A stretch of DNA of 63,765 bases, counting the filler, from Reclinomonas americana ATCC 50394 (Eukaryota), in assembly GCA_048213135.1 (NCBI GenBank). It is 9 parts of 9 records of this genome, joined end to end, with 100 filler letters (N's around TTAATTAATTAA, not from the genome) between each part and the next. Parts side by side here need not be neighbours in the genome. Positions count along the whole stretch, not along the records: positions 41,294 to 45,683 come from AFZH01022806.1; positions 45,784 to 53,667 come from AFZH01022807.1; positions 53,768 to 59,341 come from AFZH01022808.1; 6 more parts are not named here. One strand, 5' to 3'. The position numbers and the translations under genes were made by a program. Of this stretch, positions 41,294 to 54,265 are shown piece after piece (position 1 is the stretch's first letter; each line of letters begins with the position of its first letter). The notes beneath the pieces were generated by a model. That model ran no database searches, was not told the DNA's origin, and was given only the letters and a program-made list of their open reading frames with translations.

Positions 41294-42604
41294 ATGGGCC
41301 CACTGCCTCCACCGCGCGCACTGTAACCGGTTGGCGCTGGCGGCGGCGGCGTGGCGGTCAGCAAAGCTCTCTTGTTCTCGGCGCCTTGCCGACGAATGGT
41401 GTCGCGCATCTCGTCCACCGTGCGCCTATACTCCTCGTTCTCCTTGCGCAGGAGCGCTAGTTGGCGCGTCATGATGCGCGACTCGTCACGCGCCGTCTCG
41501 AACTTCAGTCTCAAATCCTGGTTCTCCTCCTTGTAGCGCTCGGTCAGCTCGCTCAGACGCACCGCCTTGTCGTACAGCGAGTTGCGCTCGTCCAGAATCT
41601 TCTGCTTCTCCGCCTCCCACTCGCCCTGCACCGAGACACGCGCGCGCACGAGTCAGGCACAGGGAGAATTCTGATCATGGTGGTGTGCGCAATCAATCAC
41701 CTGTCCCATTTCCTTCTTCTCGCGCTCCGTGACGAGCTCCTTCTCGATCTGCGCCAGGTCCGACTTGTAGCGGCGCTTGAGCTCGGCCTTTTGCCGCGAC
41801 AGCTTGGAGTTGGTGCGCGACTGCAGATACGTAATCTGCGACACAATCTGCTCGTTCAACTCGTGCAGGCCCTTCATATGCGAGTCGTCGGTGGCCTTGG
41901 AGTAGTTGAGCTGATCCAACGTCTGCTCCAGCTCGCTAATCTTGCGCTTGAGTCCCTCAATCTGCTCATCGTGATACTCGGTGCGCTTCTTCATGGCCGC
42001 CTGCAGCTTCTGCGTGTCACTGAGCAGCCGCTCGTTCTCCGCCTGCGTCTCCCGCAATCGCCGCTCCGTCTCTCGCAGCTGCTGCGCCAGCGCCTTGCCC
42101 ATATCCCGTGCCGATGCACCGCGGAACTTGCCTCCACCGGCACCTCCACTCGCACCACCACTCGCACCAGAAGCTCCGCCAGTGCCACCCGCCGCAGAAG
42201 CCGCAGCCGCAGATGCAGCGTCCTGAAAGAGAGAGACAAGAGGGTGAGGAAGACGCGCAACACACGCACACACACACGCACACACTCACCGGCTTCTTCG
42301 CAGCCTCACGAGCGCGCTTCTCTTCCTCCAATCTGTGTGTGTGATGCGCTGTGAGCATGTGCTCGCCTTAGTGCATCAGTGGAGCACACGCGCAACTCCT
42401 TCTGCAGCTCCTCTGTGCGCTTCATCATCATCACAGTGCCAGTGTCGACCTCTTCTGCAGCCGCCGCAGCCGCAGCAGCCGCCACTGCTGCAGTCGCCAG
42501 GTCTTTCTGCTCACACATACACACATAGTCAGCAACAAGAGAGAAACACGCACAGACAGAGAGAGAGAGAGAGCGCGCACATCAGTCGTTCTCCGTCGGC
42601 TCAT
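41294..42604 (-). CDS. Long coiled-coil hypothetical protein; 3' end lost in gap
   Basis: ATG 42604 MSRRRTTD; heptad-rich exons LAQQLRETERRLRETQAENERLL and YKEENQDLRLKFETARDESRIMTRQLALLRKENEEY. Confidence 0.75.
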
Positions 42605-42675
42605 TGAACAACTGCTAGCGTATGTATCGGTGAGTCACACACGCGATCTGTCCACACGGCATTCTTCTCTCTTGC

Positions 42676-42944
42676 ATGCGAGGCAAGTGGCCGCACTGGA
42701 GAAAGACGCTGCTTGGTACCGATCGGTGAGCCACACACACACGCACAACACACCAAACGCGTGTGTCTCTGTGAGAGAGTGATGGTGGCAGACATCTCGC
42801 TCACACTCACACGCACTCAGTCCATTGTATCCTTGGGAGTACTACATCCCTGCGTACTGGATCGCCTCTGCCGCCTCGTTCGCCTACCTCGGATATCGCT
42901 ACTTTTATCCCTCGTCATCGTCGGAGGACAGTGACAAGAAGTAG
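42676..42944 (+). CDS. Putative 57-aa single-transmembrane microprotein (two exons)
   Basis: Exons 42676-42725 and 42821-42944 (GTGAG...CAG intron) give MRGKWPHWRKTLLGTDRPLYPWEYYIPAYWIASAASFAYLGYRYFYPSSSSEDSDKK-TAG; absent from the ORF track. Confidence 0.55.
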
Positions 42945-42949
42945 GGAGG

Positions 42950-45327
42950 ATGAAGCATGTGTTTGTGACTCAAGGCGGTGCCGGCATTCCGCTCTACGCC
43001 ATGCACCCGAACGGACAGATGGTGTGCTTGCCGTTCTGTGCGCTGCAGGACATGCTCGAGGAGAATCACAATGAGGTGGCGCAGTCGATGCGCTGCGGCG
43101 ATGTTGTCTATGTCTTTGACAGAGTTGCGCACTTTGCTTGTCCCATACACAGACACCACCGTGCTCGTGTCTCATTGCGCGGTGTGTGCGTGTGTGTAGC
43201 TTGATCAACGATACTTTCTCATGGTGACCGACTCGCGCGAGAGCATTCCGTTCCTGCGGCAGCAGTTGTTCCTGTTGCGCGATCTGATGCTCTTTCGATG
43301 GGGACCGCTGGCGCCGCGAGATCAGGTGCTTCGGGAGCAGCAGCGGCAGTTGCGGCCGTATGTGGATATGGTGACGTCGCTGGGTCGCAATCGCCAGTCG
43401 TTTCTCGTGCAGGCCGTGGACAAGTTGCAGGTGAATGAGTTTACGCGGGCGGCGTGCATCTCGGCGCTGGAGGGTGCGATTCGGTCGGCGCCGTGGACGT
43501 CGCATGGTATGCTCTTTGTGGGATCGCGGCTCGTGGCCACCTTCTCCAAGCAGTCGGCCAATGAGCTGTCGATGCATGATGTGTATCTGCTGGCCATTCA
43601 TGCCGAGGTTTGTGTCTGCAATGGCAACCCTTTTTCTCTTTTGTGGTGTCTCATGCGTGTGCGGGGGCAGGCCACGTTCAATTGGGACGGCCGGCCAATG
43701 GAGGAGGAGGGCGACTATCATGTCATGGAGCGGCTAATGGACGACGAGGAGCATTTGTTTGGTGCGCTGGAGGATTTGGATGTGGATCGGGATGGTGGTC
43801 GGGGTGGTGGCATGGGCGAGGGCGATGGTGCCGGTGCCGCGTTGCAGCAATTAGGCGACGCGGGCATCGGCAGTGGTGGTGGCGGTGGTGATGCAGGCGG
43901 TGCTTCTGCAGTTGCTGGCAGTGGTGGTGGTGGTGGTGGAGAGAAGAGGTGCGATGCGATGCGAAAACGGTGATTTCTCCCACCCTCCCATTCTTTTTGC
44001 CCTCATCGCTGTGCGGCTGTCATGCAGTGCCACGGACTCGGTATCCGATCAGCCGGCTGGTGACCTGTCGAGCGGTCGGTTGGAGACGTCCGAGTCGTCG
44101 CAGCCGGACGACGACGACGACGACGATGCGACGGATGACGAAGGCCGACCCATGGCCGACGACGACGTGGACGGCAAGCGACGCGACGGGCCACACGGTG
44201 GAGAGGGCAGTGCGGCGGCCGCCGATGCAGCCGCGGCTGCTGCCGTGGAGGAGGATCCGTCCAAGGGCATGTTCTACGAGCACTTGTTCTTGTACGCTCC
44301 CAATGTGCGACGATGTGGTGTGGTGACGTGCCAGATTGATGGTGCGGCTCGACTGCTGCTGGTGACGGAACCAAACGTTGCGCGCAAGCGATACAGTCAT
44401 TCTCCTCGTCCCTCTGTCTCCATCTCGCCCACCATCGCCGTTTTTGCAGTTCTCATTTGACGACCACATGGACAAGGTGCATGGCGTGCTCGATCTGGTG
44501 CGCGCACGTCTCGGTCCGGTGATTGATTTCCTGCTGGTGAAGGAGAAGTTGAGTGTGGCGGTGTGGCTGGCAGGCGTGGATGTGTGAGTGTTCTTGTCAC
44601 TCACTTTTGCACCACAGTGACATGACCATGATCCCGTACCTGCACGCGTGCCCCGGTCTCGTGCACTTCATCTACATCAATCGCAGCGTTAACGAGGTGG
44701 TGGCGCCCAACTTTTGCGCCTTGCACGGCCAAGAGATCATCACCGACGAGGGCAGCGAGAAAATGTCGGCCGCGTTTATTCGTCGCAAGGTGAGGCACAA
44801 GAAGGAGGAGAGCGGGAAAGGGGGAAAGGGAGACTTGCCTGACTTGGGTTTTCGTGCAGATGTGGAATGCGTTCCATCGCCTGCAGGATCACGTGTTTGA
44901 CGGATGCACCGCCGTGCTGCTGAAAGCCGGCAACTTTCAATACGTCTATCGCATGTGGTTCGAGGACGAGTTTGGTGCGTGCAAGGGGCGATGCACACAC
45001 ACAAGACGCACCACGCTCCCTTCGTCCTCACATTCCTTCGACAGGTCACGAGGTGCGACCAAACCGTGCCATCAAAACCAGTCTGCTGTACCACTGCGGC
45101 GCGCACGCCAATGTCACGCGCCAACTGTTCCCCGGTCGCAAGGTCCGCTGCTTCGAGCTGTACACGCTCTACGTCGGTCTCATCTCCTACGAGTACATTC
45201 AACAACAGAATATCAAGGTACGCTCAATTCGAAAGCTGCAACGAAAAAATGTTGCCTGTATAACTGAGACACAAACGTGCATGCATAGTTGGTCGAGTTG
45301 TTACGCTCAGACGACTCGGGGTTGTAA
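42950..45327 (+). CDS. HPS1: Hermansky-Pudlak syndrome 1-like protein (BLOC-3 longin-domain subunit)
   Basis: QSFLVQAVDKLQVN..CISAL..HGMLFVGSRLVATFS..ELSMHDVYLL; PGLVHFIYINRS..VVAP; C-terminal FELYTLYVGLIS; acidic central insert. Confidence 0.78.
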
Positions 45328-45542
45328 TAAAGAGCACTGTTGATTGTCCTCTTCGAGGCCTTGTCGGAGTCGTCGGAATCGGTGTCGCGTGTCATCGCGA
45401 GCTCGCTTCAAGCTGGTTTCCTCGTTTTTGACTGTGCGACTTGCTCGACTCGAGTGTGCGTACCACAAAGGCAAACAGAAAAAAGACGGAGTTAAACAAC
45501 TCACACTCTCTCTCACACACATGTGCAGTTGGAGTGCGTTCC

Positions 45543-45895
45543 ATGCTAGGCTCGATTCGCAACTTCTTCCGCTGGGCGCCCACCTCTGAGGACGCACTGG
45601 AGGCTGCTGAGCAGCAGCTGTGGGCCAGTGCGTTGTCACCTCTCAATCTCACACTTGCACACACTCTCTCACACACTCACACTNNNNNNNNNNNNNNNNN
45701 NNNNNNNNNNNNNNNNNNNNNNNNNNNTTAATTAATTAANNNNNNNNNNNNNNNNNNNNNNNNNNNNNNNNNNNNNNNNNNNNGCAGGACCCAAGTTGAT
45801 CAACGCCTATGTGACTCGTCGCTTCAACGGCACTGCGCCAGAGGGCTTCTCGCCGTACATTTACAACACTGTGGTTGCGTGCTGTGTGCCATGCC

Positions 45896-45937
<42 letters not shown>

Positions 45938-46774
45938 TTCTCTCTCCCTCTCTCTGTTGCTCATCACCTGCACAGGCACACCCGCTGGGCGTCCGATCGT
46001 CGGCACGTGCCACCAAGTGGGTGCTCGGCAAAGGTTTGTGACTGTCGCATCACGATTGATGGGGAGAACAGTCCGCTCACACCTTTCCTTCTCCTTCACT
46101 CAGGCGCCTACGCCCTCAGCCCACTCCTCGACCGCATGGATGTGCGTAAAAGTGTCGCCCGACTCATGTGCACTCTTTGTTGACTGCCACCTCACGTGTG
46201 TCCACACACGCACAGGAGCTGCAACCGCCGGTGTCGGTGGTGTACGGAGACCACGACTGGATGGACGCCAAGGCCGGCAAGGCACTGTGCGAGCGAATTC
46301 AAGCAAATTAGTTCGTTGCTGTCGCCACTCGTCCCTCCGTCTTGCTTGTCTTGACTTCTCACACGCACACACGCACACGTACACAGCGTGCAGCGCAAGG
46401 AGGCGGCTGGCGAGGAGGTGCCCGAGGGTTACCTGCACGCGCACCACGAAGTGCTGATTGCCTCGGGTCATCATGTGCGTCATTCTCTCTTTTATCTTCT
46501 CTCTCCTGCTCTCGCCAACACTCGTGCCTGCTCGTCACAGTTGTACTTGGACAACCCGGATGGTGTGGGGTGCCTTTTTTTGTCTGCCGTGCTTCACCAT
46601 CTCACCGACCTTGTGTCCACAGGATTCAATGCCTACGTGTTGCGTCGTACGGCGCGCATCCTCGGCGTGGGTGTCCCCTCTCCGCCGCCGTCACCGCGTG
46701 TGGAGGCGCGCCGCCACGTGCCGGAGACCACCGAGGAGATTGTCGAGGAGGAGGTCATCCCCAACGCACCGTAA
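45543..46774 (+). CDS. ABHD4/ABHD5 (CGI-58)-like alpha/beta hydrolase or acyltransferase; middle lost in gap
   Basis: RWAPTSEDALEAAEQQL N-terminus; GPKLINAYVTRRF; VVYGDHDWMD; GHHLYLDNPDGFN (HX4D motif). Confidence 0.85.
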
Positions 46775-46840
46775 AATCCCGCCGCCGCTCTCTATCGAGT
46801 GTTGTAAACAGCAATACAATGTTTTGAGTGTTTTTTTGTG

Positions 46841-49800
46841 TCACATGAACATGTCGCCGGCTTCGCCACCGTTCCCGGCGGTGCTGTCACCATTGGCAAA
46901 CAGCATCGAGTCGTCGTCGTCACGTTCGACTGCAATCAATCACACGACGGAGGTGAGATCGCAATTGCTTTCTAGCTTCGAGAACATGCGGTGGTGCCAC
47001 GCAACTTGCAAACATGCCGTGCATGGGTGCCGCCGCTCCGTACGGCTGCGGGAATCCTCGGGTCGCTGCCGGCGAGGGCGCCGGTTGCGGTGGCGACGGT
47101 GGCCGCTCCATCTTGACTCGGCTCCTGCACACGCGGGTATGAATGGACGACGGCAATCAAGCACGTGTGAGGAGCGAGTTGCAACGAAACGGTGCGCGCG
47201 GACGCAGTGGCATCGAGTATTGCAGGCGGATACTGTCAATGGCCGTCAGAATCGCCGGATGAATGGCTACGTGAACAGCCGAAACAATAATGAGCACAAC
47301 AATGTCACGACAGAGAGACGGCAGAACTGTCACGCAACGATGGCTGTGGCTAATGTGCTCCTCCAGCTTGTCCATGAACTGTACCTTCTCCTCGGGCAAC
47401 AAGAAATGCAAATATCCTCCTTGCCTGCAACGAGCACATGAGCGCCACGCGATCCACGCACAAGCCAGCCAACAACAGAGCACTTACATGGCGTCAAAAG
47501 TGATGCGCACGGTGAACGAGGCGATGCTGTTCGACCGCAGTGGATCGGGACGCGGCAAGTGGTCGTGCAGTGACGCAATCTGCGTGAGAATGACTTTTTC
47601 CTTGACTTCGCGGAGCAGCGGTCGCACAATGATGATGCCGAAAATCTTGCACAGGTACGAGAATGTCGGCGCATGTCGTGCAATAGCAGGCAACTGGCCC
47701 TCACTGGCCGACAGTGAAATATGCTCCAGGCGAGCCTGCAGGTGCCCAGAAGAGATGAGCACACCACGGAGATCGCCCGCTGACCACAAGAGGCGAGACA
47801 AACCACTTCGTTCAGCTGAGGCAAGCGCAGCGAGCCGACAGCACGATCGTAGGCATACTCGATGCGGCACGACGGTGCACAGATCATAATGTGCGACATG
47901 ACCGTCACCAGCACCTTAGTGCGGTTGACCTGCCGCTCGACATTTTCCCGATCGCGCAGCTTGTTGAACCACGACATGGGTGGTTGTCGCAGCTTCGGCT
48001 CAGCAAACACCGATACCAATTCGAACAGCTCGGATTCGGTCTGCAACACGCACATGGACACAACTGAGCAACCCAAAAAAAAAACCCTCGCACCGACAAC
48101 GCCACCGTCGGCGAGCAGACGAACCAGGCCGTCGGCAAACTTGTCCCACTCGTGCAGCGCAGCACCACAAGAAATGAAGACTGGCGGGCCAAAGAATTCC
48201 GGCGCACTGGCCAACAGCAGTGACAGTGCCTCCGTCGCCACCGTGTACGAGTACCCGCAGCATTCGGATATTGTCATGCACGAGTCGATGAGATGATCCT
48301 GCGGTGCATGCGGTCATTCAACCACGAGATGCTGGGCGCTTCGCCAAGACGCGAGAGAAACGAACCGTGATCTCTTGCGGTGACATGTCCAGCAGGAACA
48401 GCTCGATCAGTGCGTACACAAACTGCGCTTCGTGCTGCGATTTGAACTCCTCAAAAATGTGCCCGCTCTGTGCCGCCACCAGCGGCGCACAAGAATGCTT
48501 GTACGGGGAGTCTGGCGGGCACACCAGTGCAGAGGGGGGGAAAAATGCAGTCAAGGCAACATGGAACATGCAACTGAAATGCAGGTCACAAAGAGACGGG
48601 ATGACAAAAAGGATATCCATCGATGCTCGTGTGACCAGGCGAGTGAAGCACTCCAATGCCGGCCTCGCCCCAGTCACCACATGGTCGCCCGTGAAGCACG
48701 ACGAGCCTGCACGCAAGGTCATGAGTGGAGCGACGCACCTGCATGCCAAGCAGGCAGACAACCGCACCGACGAGAGGCACGCAATTCAGGCGCACTTCCA
48801 ACGGCAGATACGACACGCGGAAGAACACCAAAAAGTCGCGCACAACACGAGCCACACACGGATGGAAGTGCCACAGGTTGACGTAGTCGCCGTTGTGCAG
48901 CAGCAGCGTGCAGAGATCAAACTGTTTCGACGCGCACAGCTTGTAGAGCACATACTCGAGCACACCCAGCACCCGCAAACACAAGTTGGAGAAGCGTGGT
49001 ACATCACTGTGCGTGTCACACAATGAGTCGCACTGCAATCGCCACCTGTTCCACCATCGAGTCGGGACGCAACACGGAGACGGCAGCGCGCGCAGGATCC
49101 TGCGTCTCGTTCCAATGTTGTGGTCGCACGCCAGACTTGCGGAAGCTGTTGCACTCGTGATGGAAGCGCGAGGTCACCGACAGCAACTCACGCAAGATGT
49201 GGTGCGCCGGACTGCCACACATAGTGATGAGATGGTACTGACACGCGTAGAGCACAGGTGTCACACACACACACACACACGCAACTCGACATCCGCAAGA
49301 GCCACCATTAGTGTCTCCAGCGGCAAAATCTCAAAGTCGATGCACAAGACCTCCAGATGACGCGCAACCTGTGTTGCGGCAAGTTACTCAACAGGAGTAC
49401 TTCCACAACATCATGATGACATGATACACTAACCTCGCCCCACAGCGCGCCGCCGACCGTCGTCATGTACCGTTGCAGGAACGATGCGAAATGATACACA
49501 TTGTTGTCTTGTTCCTGCGTGAAAACATCGCGTCAGCGAACTCATCGCACACAGCAGCACCCAAAAATGTGACTGTCTCGTACCTGCGGTGTTGCGCCAA
49601 ACTTGAACAGGGTCTGGATGCTATGCTTGGTGCGGTGCAGGAAAGTCAGGTCGTCGCGCTGGTAGAATGTGAGCTTCCACACAACGGCCATGGCCAGCGA
49701 AAGCCGAGCCGGAATCTCCTTGCATCTGTACACAGAGACATACATGCATAATCAGCCAGCGAATTGTCGTCGCGTGCCCGCACCACGTCGTGTGGACTGT

Positions 49801-52800
49801 CCACGCACCGTTTGGTGACTTGCGTAATGGTCATGTCTTCCGTGTTTTGGCGGCTGAATGAAGAACTATCGACGATCCGTGACATGGGCACGCGGGAGAG
49901 GAATGCAGCATCAAATGCGCGATCGCCGTACACCAAGCGCACGAATGGCTCCTCGCAGCACACAACATCGACCTGCGAGCCACGGCATACTTCGTTCAAC
50001 AAATGCACACATGAGCGTCGTCGACAAGCACGCAACAGCCTCCAGAATGCTGGTCAGTTGCGGAGATGGCGCATACTCCACCGAGCGTCGCAAGTCGTCG
50101 TAGTACAAGAAATTGAAAAAGAAGTGCGGCACCACCAACGGCCGCTCCGTGACCTGCACGAGGAACGCTGAGCACGAGGGAAAGAAACGGGGAAGCGGTT
50201 TGATTCTCCGCACCTCCCGCCCCACACTCGCCACCACCGGTCGGGCGCTCTCATCATATGCACCACCGACAAGTGTCGTGAGCATCTCGGTGACCTTGGC
50301 CTCTTGCACCGCATCATTGAGTCCACTACAGTAGCAGTGGAAGACGGAGCAGTGAGATCATGCGTGCCACAACGACAACGCCGAATGTATGATGCGCACG
50401 CAACTTGACGACCCACATCTTGATGAGCCCAAACGTCAACATGCGCCTCGGTGTCTCACTGAGAAGATGGAAGCGAATGGGAGTGGGGCCGCCGGCAGCG
50501 GCGGCGGCGGCAGCAGCAGCAGCAGCAGAGGCACCCGGTGCCACGCAGTTCAACACCGAAGCATCGGTCGGTGGCCCGAGCAGCGACGACGAGAGTCGAC
50601 ACACTGCACGAACACAAGTCAGCGAAGAAGGAGGACGAAGTTTGTGAACTTAAAGAGACCGGCGCGCACCCAGTTGCAAGGCCGACTGGTAGATCACACT
50701 GTCGGTCGCCTGCGTCATCATCATCGGCAGCACGTGTGCGTACAGCAAATCGTCACCAGCGTCCGCATGCCTGCAGGTGTGCCAGAGTGAGATACGTGGC
50801 TCACGTAACGGCTCGTGGCTAGAGAGGTACTGCACCAGAACAAGCGCAAAATGCGATAGGAGATCAAGTCGAGCACGGACAGCAGTTTCGGCGACCGACT
50901 GGCCAAGCATGACATGATGGCATGCGGCACACCACTGCACAACGCACGCATGAGAGTGAGACGAGCTGCATCGGCTTACACGAGGCCATGTGAAAGCTTA
51001 CTTTGTGGAAAATGTAATGTACAGGAGGCGTGCCAGAAGCTCCAGGTGCAACGTGGTGCACTGTTGCAGCAGGCGTTCAATCAACTTCTCGACCAGCCTG
51101 CTCGAATCAAATGAGACGTGCACACGCACGGACACACGAGGTGCAGAGAGGAGAATGGACGCACCGATTGCAAATGGCTGGACCGAGGATCATCAGCAAC
51201 TCGGTGGGTGGTAATATTTGCTGCGCAACAGTCGGTGAGTCGTCGCGACAAGAGCCCTCATGAACAACTCGGACGCAAACAGACCGCACTGTCAACGCTG
51301 CGTATCACCAGGTCCAGAATTTGTGTCGGATGGCTGTTTGCCAGCAGCGACAGCATCGATCGCTTCTCATCCGACTCGAACAGCGTCTTGAAGTTGGAGT
51401 TCATGTGTGCCTCTGCAGAGCGAGGATCTGAGCGTCACGGCACGAGACGGCAAGAATAACACTGCAGGATACGCACCAATCCACTTGTCGGCGCGGCGCA
51501 ACGATTCCTGGCCTACCCGTTCATACGTGCTGGGGACATCGAAGAACGCCTGTCCAGCGTGCGGCGAGACGCGGCGCACAATCTGCCGAGAACGGAGTAC
51601 GTCAACAAAAGAACTGATACGTCACGCAGGCCTAAGAAAGGAAGCGCAACCAGATACTCCAACGCCTTGTCGCGAATGGCAAGCGGGTGACCAGGCGCAT
51701 GCATGGAGCCGCCAACCATTGACATGGCAGCTGCCGACGACGACGATCCCATGCCCGTATCGCTGCCGCTGAATGCCAACTCAAACAGATCGGCAATCCT
51801 CGTGAACAGCAACATCTTGTTTTCGCGAGCACCACGCTCCCGTGCCTCGCTCGGCTCGCACACCATGCCCAGCAGCTGCAGGATGAACCAGTACAGAGTG
51901 CTGCGATTCCTCAGTCCGCGGACTCTGTGACATCGCGCAAGTGAGTGGGTATGAAGAACGTGACGACGAATGCATGGCGGCGACGAAACACGGGCGAGTC
52001 GAGAATGTCAAACAGCAAGTCGTACATGTTGACCATGCTGAGACGGAGGCATGTGAGTCAAGGGAGGCATCAACGGGATCAGTGGTGAGACAACAACAAT
52101 AGCAACAAACCGCGACGCCAGCGCGTGGTACACCTGCTCACACAGTACGAGCCAGCCAGACCAGGGTGAAATGGTGAGGGCGCGAATGTTGAGAACGGTG
52201 GTTTTCTTTTCCAGGTCCGCCACCGCCGAATCTGGATCGACGCATTGATGAGCATACATACACGTAGTCCGCGAATTAACAGCACGAGGGTGGGTGGGGA
52301 GACCTTCGGTCTTGATGAGTTCATGAATGCGGGTGACAACAGCAGCACGGAACGCAGGCGGATCCATCTGCAACCAGTAAGGGCATGCACTTGACTGCAA
52401 AACACAAGCGACAAGAGCGAGTTAGAACTGACGGAGTTGGGATGGGGTGGGCGTGTGCGCACCATTTCCTTGCACCCGGAATCATCGTGTTGAACAAATC
52501 GCACAAAGTGCTGGGAGGCGGCCCGCAGGCGCAACCCGTGCAATAGCGACTGCACACCCGATTCGGCCACACTGTTGTTGCGCTGAATGAAGAAGAAGAA
52601 CTCGTCCGAGGTGCCGAGCAGCTGTGCACGGCAACGGAAGAAACCACATTGGTCTCATGCGCCAAAGAAAACGAGCAAGTGACGGCCAACCGACCTCTGA
52701 CATCAACTTGTTCGTGCAGCTCATAAACGCCTGCAAATGTCCCTGCACCTTGACCGAGATGCGTGACGTGGCCGGGAACAGACCGCTGGTGATTCCTGTA

Positions 52801-53531
52801 CATGATCTGGAAGTGAGCGCGAGTGCACAGTGGCCAATAAAGTATGTGTTGCGTACCGCGGTAGCCGAGAAAGCTGCGAAAGCGAGCCATGCGCTGCTCA
52901 TACTGGCCGTGACTGGTGTGGAAGCTGCCGACCACCTGCGAACTCCCCAGTGTCAGACAGGAAGAGAAGAACAGAAAGAAAAGGAAGAATGACCTTGGTG
53001 ACCGCGTGGAAGAAGGGGAATCGTTCCAGCACTTCATGCAGCAGATTCTCCTCCAGCCAGTACGTGTGACCACCGTGTGGCTCCAAACACTGCGGCACCA
53101 GTCAGCAGTCGCACATTCTCCGACTGTTGTCATCACCAACACACCTGCACTGAAGGATCGTGAAGGGAAACGCGATCGTCCGACATGTGGCTCTGCAGGC
53201 TCGGTTCGAACGGAGCACCACCCGTCATGCGGTGGCTGGCCAGGTAGGCATCGGTCATGTCGGAGAGCGGATTGCGACGAATAGCACCCACTTGTGTGAA
53301 CAGCGACCACCAGCTCAGTCGACACCTGCATCCACGCACATGCATCAACAAACGGATTCACGCCGGTGGCAAGGAGATGCGCGACAAACAGCACCTGCTG
53401 TTGCTGGTGCCCGAGTCAACGAGAATGTCAAAGACCTCCTTCACGTCGAGCGAACCGTCCAACACCTGTCGGAGGATCTTGTGCACCAACACGTATGCGC
53501 TATAGCTCCCCAGAAAGACCTGTGCACGCGC

Positions 53532-53583
<52 letters not shown>

Positions 53584-53667
53584 CGGGTGAGATGCGAGGC
53601 GTATTCGTCCGCCCGTGCACTGCATGCAACTCCACCCGATCAAGCACCGGCACCACCGCAGTAATGT
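46841..53667 (-). CDS. MED23: Mediator complex subunit 23-like; many short exons, 5' end interrupted by gap
   Basis: RFSNLCLRVLGVLEYVLYKL, GHIFEEFKSQHEAQFVYALIELFLLDMSPQEI and TESELFELVSVFAEPKLR resemble conserved MED23 blocks (YFGNVCLRFLP, WRFNEFPNPAAHAL, TESQLLY) in the same order. Confidence 0.7.
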
Positions 53668-53767
53668 NNNNNNNNNNNNNNNNNNNNNNNNNNNNNNNNN
53701 NNNNNNNNNNNTTAATTAATTAANNNNNNNNNNNNNNNNNNNNNNNNNNNNNNNNNNNNNNNNNNNN

Positions 53768-54037
53768 TGGAAGAGGAGGTGGTGGTGGAGAGGAAGGTGA
53801 GTCACCGTGGAGGCGGCGGCGTCGTGCGGTGGCGAGCATGTGTTGGAGATGGTCGGGCGAGACGCGCCTCTTGTGACGGAATCGCCGGTGGAGAGAGTGT
53901 TTGGCGAGAGAGGCCGCGTGCGAGGTGAGGAGGTGGCGCAGCGATGATGAAGAAGAGGAATGGGAGGAAGAGGAGATGGAGAAGGAGGGATTCCCGCCAG
54001 AGCGATCTGGTGGCGCACCCGCGTTGGAAAACGACAT
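53768..54037 (-). CDS. 5' exon of a minus-strand gene running into the gap (possibly the MED23 N-terminus)
   Basis: AAAATG context at 54037; MSFSNAGAPPDRSGG...LRHLLTSHAASLAKHSLHRRF stays open up to the gap. Confidence 0.4.
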
Positions 54038-54265
54038 TTTCGTCGACGAGGAGAGAGACACAGAGGAGAAGAGACAGATAGAAGAAGGCACAGAGGACGA
54101 GCGCGGCTGTGCACTTGCCGGCAACTCGATTTCGAACGACGGAAGTTGCCTGTAGGACAACTCGGCGATGAAACGCAAACAAAACTTTCATAAAGGAAAA
54201 ACACAAGCTCTTCTTCTCCCCCCACGTGGGGACTCTCCTATCGTGTCCACTTGCGGTGGATTTCT

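Noticed and set aside
46300..46320. Apparent in-frame TAG in the ABHD gene suggesting readthrough or a variant genetic code
   Set aside because: Resolved by a phase-2 GT donor (AAT TA|GTTCGT...CAG|C); all three stop codons terminate genes normally in this window
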